NCBI GenBank assembly: GCA_016699425.1
Contig: CP064975.1
Coordinates: 66,979 to 130,978, forward strand
DNA: 64,000 bases
Direction of reading: 5' to 3'
Source of the DNA: Candidatus Moraniibacteriota bacterium
GTDB taxonomy: Bacteria > Patescibacteriota > Minisyncoccia > Moranbacterales > UBA1568
Part shown: positions 58,922 to 64,000 of the stretch, piece after piece
Numbering within the stretch: the stretch's first letter is position 1
Layout of the letters: every line of letters begins with the position of its first letter
The notes under the pieces: model-generated
Told to the model about the DNA's origin: nothing
The model's database searches: none
What the model saw: the letters and a program-made list of their open reading frames with translations, nothing else
Position numbers and translations under genes: made by a program

Positions 58922-61495
58922 ATGCAGGCATCAGAAAAGCCATCCTTTGCGCGTTTTGGGAGTCAGGCGAATTTTTCCAATAACCCTAACGAGAGACCGA
59001 ATGATGTCGTCCCCCGTGCCGATGCCGTGATCCGACCGGGCGCTGTCGGCGGACAAGTCACGAAGGCGCGCACTTCGAAAGCGTTCGACTTTATTATCAC
59101 CGCGGTGCTCGTGCTTCTCTTCTTCGGTGTACCGGTATTCTTCACAGGCCTGACATTCCAGGGCATCGCCTTCGAGAAACAAATCTTTTTCTACTTCTGT
59201 CTCCTCATCGGCCTCGTCGCGTGGGTGTCCAAGGGCGTCATGACTGGTGAGATGCGGGTTCGCCGTACCCCACTCGATATCCCGATCCTCCTGTTTTGGT
59301 TATTTGCGATCGTGGCGACGGTCTTTTCGGTTGACCGATGGCATAGTTTCTGGGGCTTCTTCGGTGATCCGTCCCGTGGTTTCATCAGCCTGACCGCGCT
59401 CGTCTTGGCCTATTTCTTCATCCTGAGTCACTTCACCGAAAGGCGGCGCAACCTCATGCTGACGGCATTTCTCGCCTCGGGTGTCTTGGTCATCGTCTGG
59501 AGCTTCCTCGTCGTTATGAAGATTCACTTCATTCCAGCGAGCTTTGAAGCGATCGCTCCGCTCTCCCTGATTGGTTCCATGTCGACTTTGACCCTCTACC
59601 TCGCCCTGCTCGTACCACTCATGGTGACGGCACTTTTCCTCCTCTTCCGTGACGGCTCAGGCGCCTCACGTGGGCTGCGGATTTCAGGTGCGGTGGTGCT
59701 TGGTGTGGCGCTCCTCTTGGACTTGTTCCTCCTCATCGCGCTCTACCCGTTTGTGACGTGGGCGGTGGTGCTCGGTGGACTCGGGTTCTTCCTGATCTAT
59801 ATCTTGGCTCAGATCGTCCGGCCGGTGCAGGAATTGACGTGGATGCCGATGGTCATCTTCGTCATCGTCCTTGCCTTCCTCATGATTGGGAGGAATAACC
59901 TGGCTCAGGCGACGCTCCCGGTTGAAGTGACACCGAATATGAAGCTTTCCTGGCAGGTGGTTCAGGAATCGCTCAGTGCCAATTTCCTCTCAGGTTCCGG
60001 TCTGGCGACCTATGGATATGACTTCTCGCTCTTCCGTCCGCAGGAATTCAATGGTAATGCACTCTACACCCTCCGGTTCTATCAAGGGACTGGCCTCGTC
60101 GCCGAAGCCCTTGCCACGATAGGTGTTGTCGGGACGATACTCATGCTCATCGTCTGGTTCTCGCTCCTCTCTATCGGTCTCTATCTCCTGACCATGGACA
60201 AGGCCAAGAATAAAATCGCCTCACTGGGCTTGTGGTCAGTCACGGTGATGCTCTTCGTCGCGGGTTTCGTCTCGCCGATAAATGCGACGATACTCATCCT
60301 CGGCGTCATCCTCTCGGCTCTTGCCCTCGCGACGCTCCTCCAAGAAAGTGGCTCAGAGGAACGCTATTGGGAATTGTCATTCCGTGCGACGCCCAAGTTC
60401 GCCCTCGCTCTCGCGTTCGTCTTCATGGTGGTCTCGGCGGGTGTGGCCTTCATCTTTGTCTTCATGGGTAAGGTCTTCCTCGCGGATGTCTCGGCGGGTG
60501 TGGCTACCCGACAGCCGGCCTCGATTGACGGTACGATTCCAAAGTACGTGCGAGCGATCCAGCTTTACCCGCAGGAGGGGCGGTACTATACGCGCATCGC
60601 ACAGGAATACATGGCCGTCGCCAATGCCGAAGGTGGTAAGAACGCTGATGAGCGCGATGTGAACCGGATCGCCTTCACGGTACGTGAGTCGGTCGCAGCC
60701 GGACTCCGAGCCAAGGACCTGATGCCAAACGACGTCCTAGCGACCGAAGCTCTCGGCCTCGTCTATGAAAACGCCAGTATCTTTGCGACTGATGCCCTGC
60801 CCAAAGCCGAAGAGATGTATACCCGAGCGCTCGAGCTTGAGCCTCAGAACCCACTCTTCGCGATCAAGCTCGGCCAGATCAAGCGCCTCTCGGCTGATGG
60901 GAAGCCGGATGGAGCTGAAAAGACGGCACTCTTGAACGAAGCGAAGGGGCTCTTTGAGCAGGCGATTGAGAAGAAAGCTGACCTCGCCATCGGTCACTAC
61001 AACCTCGCAGTTATCCACTCGCGATTGAAGGACTACGATGCAGCGATAAGCGCGACTTCGCAAGCTATCCGACTGGCGCCCACTAACCTCTCATTCCGGT
61101 ACAACCTCGGCCTCCTCTATCAGGAGCGCAATGCCGAAGGGGACCGAACTCAGGCGGAAAACCTCTACAAGCAGGTGCTCGATGCCAATGACCGGCTGAT
61201 CGACGTCCGTCTCTCGCTCGGCCTCCTCTATGAGGCCCAAAACAAGCGTGAAGCTGCGATGGCGGAATATGAGAAAATCCTCACACTTATTCCGGAAGAC
61301 GAGCGAACTTCGGCCAATGTGAAACAGACCCGTGCCCAGATCACTCAGGTGATCGACAACCTCCGCTCGGGCAAGGGCAATATTCCCGCTGGCAATAGTC
61401 TCGCTGAGCCCGGTCCGGTCACGCCGGCGACCGCTGCTCCGACCAACCCCGCCGCGAGCCAAGGTGAATCTCTCTTGAATGGCCCGACACCATAA
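58922..61495 (+). CDS. polytopic membrane protein (O-antigen ligase/Wzy-like) with C-terminal TPR repeats
   Basis: At least 10 TM helices, then TPR-like repeats (AIGHYNLAVIHSRLKDYDAAI..., FRYNLGLLYQERN...); the start was set to ATG at 58922. Confidence 0.6.
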   Translation: MQASEKPSFARFGSQANFSNNPNERPNDVVPRADAVIRPGAVGGQVTKARTSKAFDFIITAVLVLLFFGVPVFFTGLTFQGIAFEKQIFFYFCLLIGLVAWVSKGVMTGEMRVRRTPLDIPILLFWLFAIVATVFSVDRWHSFWGFFGDPSRGFISLTALVLAYFFILSHFTERRRNLMLTAFLASGVLVIVWSFLVVMKIHFIPASFEAIAPLSLIGSMSTLTLYLALLVPLMVTALFLLFRDGSGASRGLRISGAVVLGVALLLDLFLLIALYPFVTWAVVLGGLGFFLIYILAQIVRPVQELTWMPMVIFVIVLAFLMIGRNNLAQATLPVEVTPNMKLSWQVVQESLSANFLSGSGLATYGYDFSLFRPQEFNGNALYTLRFYQGTGLVAEALATIGVVGTILMLIVWFSLLSIGLYLLTMDKAKNKIASLGLWSVTVMLFVAGFVSPINATILILGVILSALALATLLQESGSEERYWELSFRATPKFALALAFVFMVVSAGVAFIFVFMGKVFLADVSAGVATRQPASIDGTIPKYVRAIQLYPQEGRYYTRIAQEYMAVANAEGGKNADERDVNRIAFTVRESVAAGLRAKDLMPNDVLATEALGLVYENASIFATDALPKAEEMYTRALELEPQNPLFAIKLGQIKRLSADGKPDGAEKTALLNEAKGLFEQAIEKKADLAIGHYNLAVIHSRLKDYDAAISATSQAIRLAPTNLSFRYNLGLLYQERNAEGDRTQAENLYKQVLDANDRLIDVRLSLGLLYEAQNKREAAMAEYEKILTLIPEDERTSANVKQTRAQITQVIDNLRSGKGNIPAGNSLAEPGPVTPATAAPTNPAASQGESLLNGPTP

Positions 61496-61940
61496 GGTGG
61501 GGTAAAGCGGAGAGGGGAGAATGAGGAAAATGCTATGCCCACCTCTAGCCTCTTTCGAAGAGCTTATCGTCTGGCAACGATCGATGGAACTTGCTGGGGC
61601 CGTTTATTTGGGTACAGAAGCACTGCCAAAATCGGAACAGTATGGTTTGATGAAGTCAGATGTGCCGTTCTGCAGTTTCTATATCCTTCCAATATTGCTG
61701 AAGGCTATATAAAGGAAGGGACTGGGTGAGTATGTCTACTTCTTGTCTGTCGCCGATGCTTCGGCAGCGGAACTTGAAACTCAAATACGCCTGGTCTGTG
61801 GTATTTATCCGGATATGAGTCTGAAGCGATCACTTGCCCTTCTGGATGAGGTACAGAAACTGTTAACAGTTATGATCAAAAAACTGAAAGCGAAATCAGC
61901 TCACCCCTAAACGTTCGCCGCTCTGCATTTTCCGACCAAT

Positions 61941-62255
61941 ATGTTCAGACCTATCATAGGCAGTATCATTTTCAGTAGCACTCTCTTTCCGAGGAGCGTC
62001 TTCGCCGGCGTGATCGATGAAGCCCAACCTCTGTCGGTTGGGTTGGCCAAGATCCTTGACTTTTTATTGTCAATCATCGGTGTAGTTGCTATCATTGGAT
62101 TAGTGATTGCGGGGCTCTTGTATTTCTTCGCGGCGGGTGACATGCGTCAGATCGCCCTCGCCAAGAAAGCGACGCTCGCGGCCATCACCGGCATCGTCAT
62201 CGCGCTCGGGGGCTATGTCCTCATCCGGACGATTGCGACGTTTGTCGCTGGTTGA
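61941..62255 (+). CDS. TrbC/VirB2-like pilin family protein (paralog 1)
   Basis: Signal peptide plus two TM helices separated by LLYFFAAGDMRQIALAKKA. Confidence 0.6.
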   Translation: MFRPIIGSIIFSSTLFPRSVFAGVIDEAQPLSVGLAKILDFLLSIIGVVAIIGLVIAGLLYFFAAGDMRQIALAKKATLAAITGIVIALGGYVLIRTIATFVAG

Positions 62256-62318
62256 ACACAAAAATAAAAAATCCTTGTCAGTCAGACTGACGAGAGAAAA
62301 GAAAGGGGGTGAGAGGTT

Positions 62319-62699
62319 ATGCAAAAATTCAAAAAATTGGCTATCGGTGCGGTGAACGGTCTCGTGCTGCTCGCCCCAGCCACAGCGTTAGCGCTGACAA
62401 ATGGTAGCTGGGCTGATCGGGGGACGACGAACTATCAGTCATCCGGACTGCCGACAGGAACGATTTACCAGATTATCTCGTCAACCCTGTCCTGGCTCCT
62501 GGCCATCCTCGGTTTCATCGCGGTCATCGGTTTCGTGATATCGGGCATTCTCTATCTCACCGCTGCTGGCAACGAGACACAGATCGAGAAGGCGAAGAGC
62601 GCCATGACGTACTCCATCATTGGCGTCATCGTCGCCCTCATGGGCTACGTGATCATCCAAGCTGTCAACGCTTGGCTCGGGACATCAGCGAACTTCTAG
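62319..62699 (+). CDS. TrbC/VirB2-like pilin family protein (paralog 2)
   Basis: GGGGGTGAG RBS; signal peptide ending AxA; ILYLTAAGNETQIEKAKSAMTYSIIGVIVALMGYVIIQAVNAWL. Confidence 0.7.
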   Translation: MQKFKKLAIGAVNGLVLLAPATALALTNGSWADRGTTNYQSSGLPTGTIYQIISSTLSWLLAILGFIAVIGFVISGILYLTAAGNETQIEKAKSAMTYSIIGVIVALMGYVIIQAVNAWLGTSANF

Positions 62700-62835
62700 T
62701 GTTCTTTTCGATCGAAAAGAGAAAGGCAATCCCGCCAGAGCGGGGTTGTTTTCTTTTCATCCGGACTGGGGGTGTACAGACGATGCTCATGTAGTGGTAT
62801 ACTAGAAGGGAGGCTAAATAAGCTAACCGTATTCG

Positions 62836-63207
62836 GTGAGTATGTTGCACAAAAAACTGGTTTTTATTGTACTCGGGGCGGCCATCACGTTTCTTCCGAA
62901 CATCGTCACAGCGACGGGTTGGATAGCAGGACAAACCAATGTCGCGAATTCCAATCTTCCTGTTTCGAGTGTGTACGGCATCATCTCCAATACTCTGTCC
63001 TGGCTTCTCGCCGTTCTTGGTTTCATCGCGGTCATGGGCTTTGTTCTTTCAGGAATCCAATACCTCTTGGCGGCGGGGGATGAAGGTATGGCTGAGCGGG
63101 CGAAAAATGCTATGAAGTACTCCATTATCGGCGTCATCGTCGCTCTCGGTGGGTATGTGGCTATTTTTGCCATCAATAACTGGCTCAACGCCGGAACAAA
63201 TTTCTAA
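62836..63207 (+). CDS. TrbC/VirB2-like pilin family protein (paralog 3)
   Basis: IQYLLAAGDEGMAERAKNAMKYSIIGVIVALGGYVAIFAINNWL; the start may be the ATG at 62842. Confidence 0.7.
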   Translation: MSMLHKKLVFIVLGAAITFLPNIVTATGWIAGQTNVANSNLPVSSVYGIISNTLSWLLAVLGFIAVMGFVLSGIQYLLAAGDEGMAERAKNAMKYSIIGVIVALGGYVAIFAINNWLNAGTNF

Positions 63208-63282
63208 GAGCGTGGTTTCAGGATTTTTCTGACGGGTGCGTAACATAAATACAAAAATCAGCGTATGTCGGTATCTGTGAGT

Positions 63283-63669
63283 ATGAAAAAAATTCTTCCC
63301 GCTTTTGTGGTTGCGGTCTTTCTTCTGGTGACGTGGATTCAACCAGTGGCAGCGACTGGCTGTCCCACTGGGTATGCTATGACGGCTGGAGTATGTTTTC
63401 CAACTGGTACCGGTCTCTCTAGTCAGCCATTGGCGACTATCATCATGGGAGTGATGAACTGGATGCTCGCCGTCCTGGGCTTTATCGCCGTCCTGGGATT
63501 TGTCATCTCGGGGATGCAGTACCTGTTATCAGCCGGGGATGAAGGAATGGTCGAGACCGCCAAACGCAACATGAAATACTCTATCATCGGTGTCGTCGTC
63601 GCCCTCTCGGGCCGTGTCCTCATCATGGCGATCAATAATTTGCTGAACGCCAGCACGACACCATTTTAA
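63283..63669 (+). CDS. TrbC/VirB2-like pilin family protein (paralog 4)
   Basis: MQYLLSAGDEGMVETAKRNMKYSIIGVVVALSGRVLIMAINNLL; the start was trimmed to MKKILPAFVV. Confidence 0.7.
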   Translation: MKKILPAFVVAVFLLVTWIQPVAATGCPTGYAMTAGVCFPTGTGLSSQPLATIIMGVMNWMLAVLGFIAVLGFVISGMQYLLSAGDEGMVETAKRNMKYSIIGVVVALSGRVLIMAINNLLNASTTPF

Positions 63670-63693
63670 TCCCCAAGGCCGATTATCTTTCGT

Positions 63694-64000
63694 ATGAAAA
63701 AAGGACTTCTGCTGCCAGTACTCGGATTCTTTCTCTGCTTCAGTTTCCTTGGCCTGCTCTCCACCGAAACAGTATCAGCCCAGACCTGTGTCGGAACTGG
63801 TTTGAGCTGTGTACCGATCGGATCGTGTACAGGTACTACCAACTCGTCACTTACTTGTGCCGGTTCGAATCTTTGTTGCCAAGCAACGGGGACAGGCGTC
63901 GGTGGTCCGACTGGCGGGACGGGGACAGGTGTCGGCGGTCCGACTGGTGGGACCATCTCCGTGAGTATTTCCAACCCACTCTCGTACAATACGGTGAACG
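63694..64000 (+). CDS. secreted Cys-rich, Gly/Thr-rich protein (3' end beyond window)
   Basis: Begins ATG MKKGLLLPVLGFFLCFSFLGLLSTETVSA (signal peptide), then CVGTGLSCVPIGSCTG...CAGSNLCC; the ORF runs open to the window end and the competing antisense ORF is ignored. Confidence 0.5.
   Translation, partial: MKKGLLLPVLGFFLCFSFLGLLSTETVSAQTCVGTGLSCVPIGSCTGTTNSSLTCAGSNLCCQATGTGVGGPTGGTGTGVGGPTGGTISVSISNPLSYNTVN

Overview
A 64 kb GC-rich (~57% GC) bacterial chromosomal segment. Almost every convincing gene lies on the + strand; only one hypothetical ORF, one small gene inside the atp operon and the tRNA locus are on the - strand. The gene content (archaeal-type dimeric GlyRS, tgt, rsmI, metG, leuS, tatD, uppP, folD, parAB, a complete F-type ATP synthase operon, many orphan proteins, giant low-complexity surface proteins and tandem TrbC/VirB2-like pilin genes) fits a small-genome bacterium of the Patescibacteria/CPR type. 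This placement is inference only. The first ~34 kb is mostly housekeeping, but holds several accessory-looking insertions: a low-GC segment at 6.6-8.2 kb, an ORF6N cassette inside the atp operon, and a Nudix domain inside LeuRS. From ~34 kb onward it becomes a cell-surface locus: pilin-like proteins, a tRNA-Leu with possible att remnants, a ~3.5 kb LamG-repeat gene, FN3-containing proteins, a ~16 kb repeat gene (~5,400 aa) broken by three frameshifts at short homopolymer runs and repeat junctions, a Wzy-like/TPR membrane protein, and four tandem TrbC/VirB2-like pilin paralogs. No rRNA genes, CRISPR arrays or recognizable transposases/integrases were seen. The ORF track counts TTG/GTG as starts, so several N-termini were moved to the first plausible ATG. 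Hand-derived coordinates for non-CDS features may be off by 1-2 nt.
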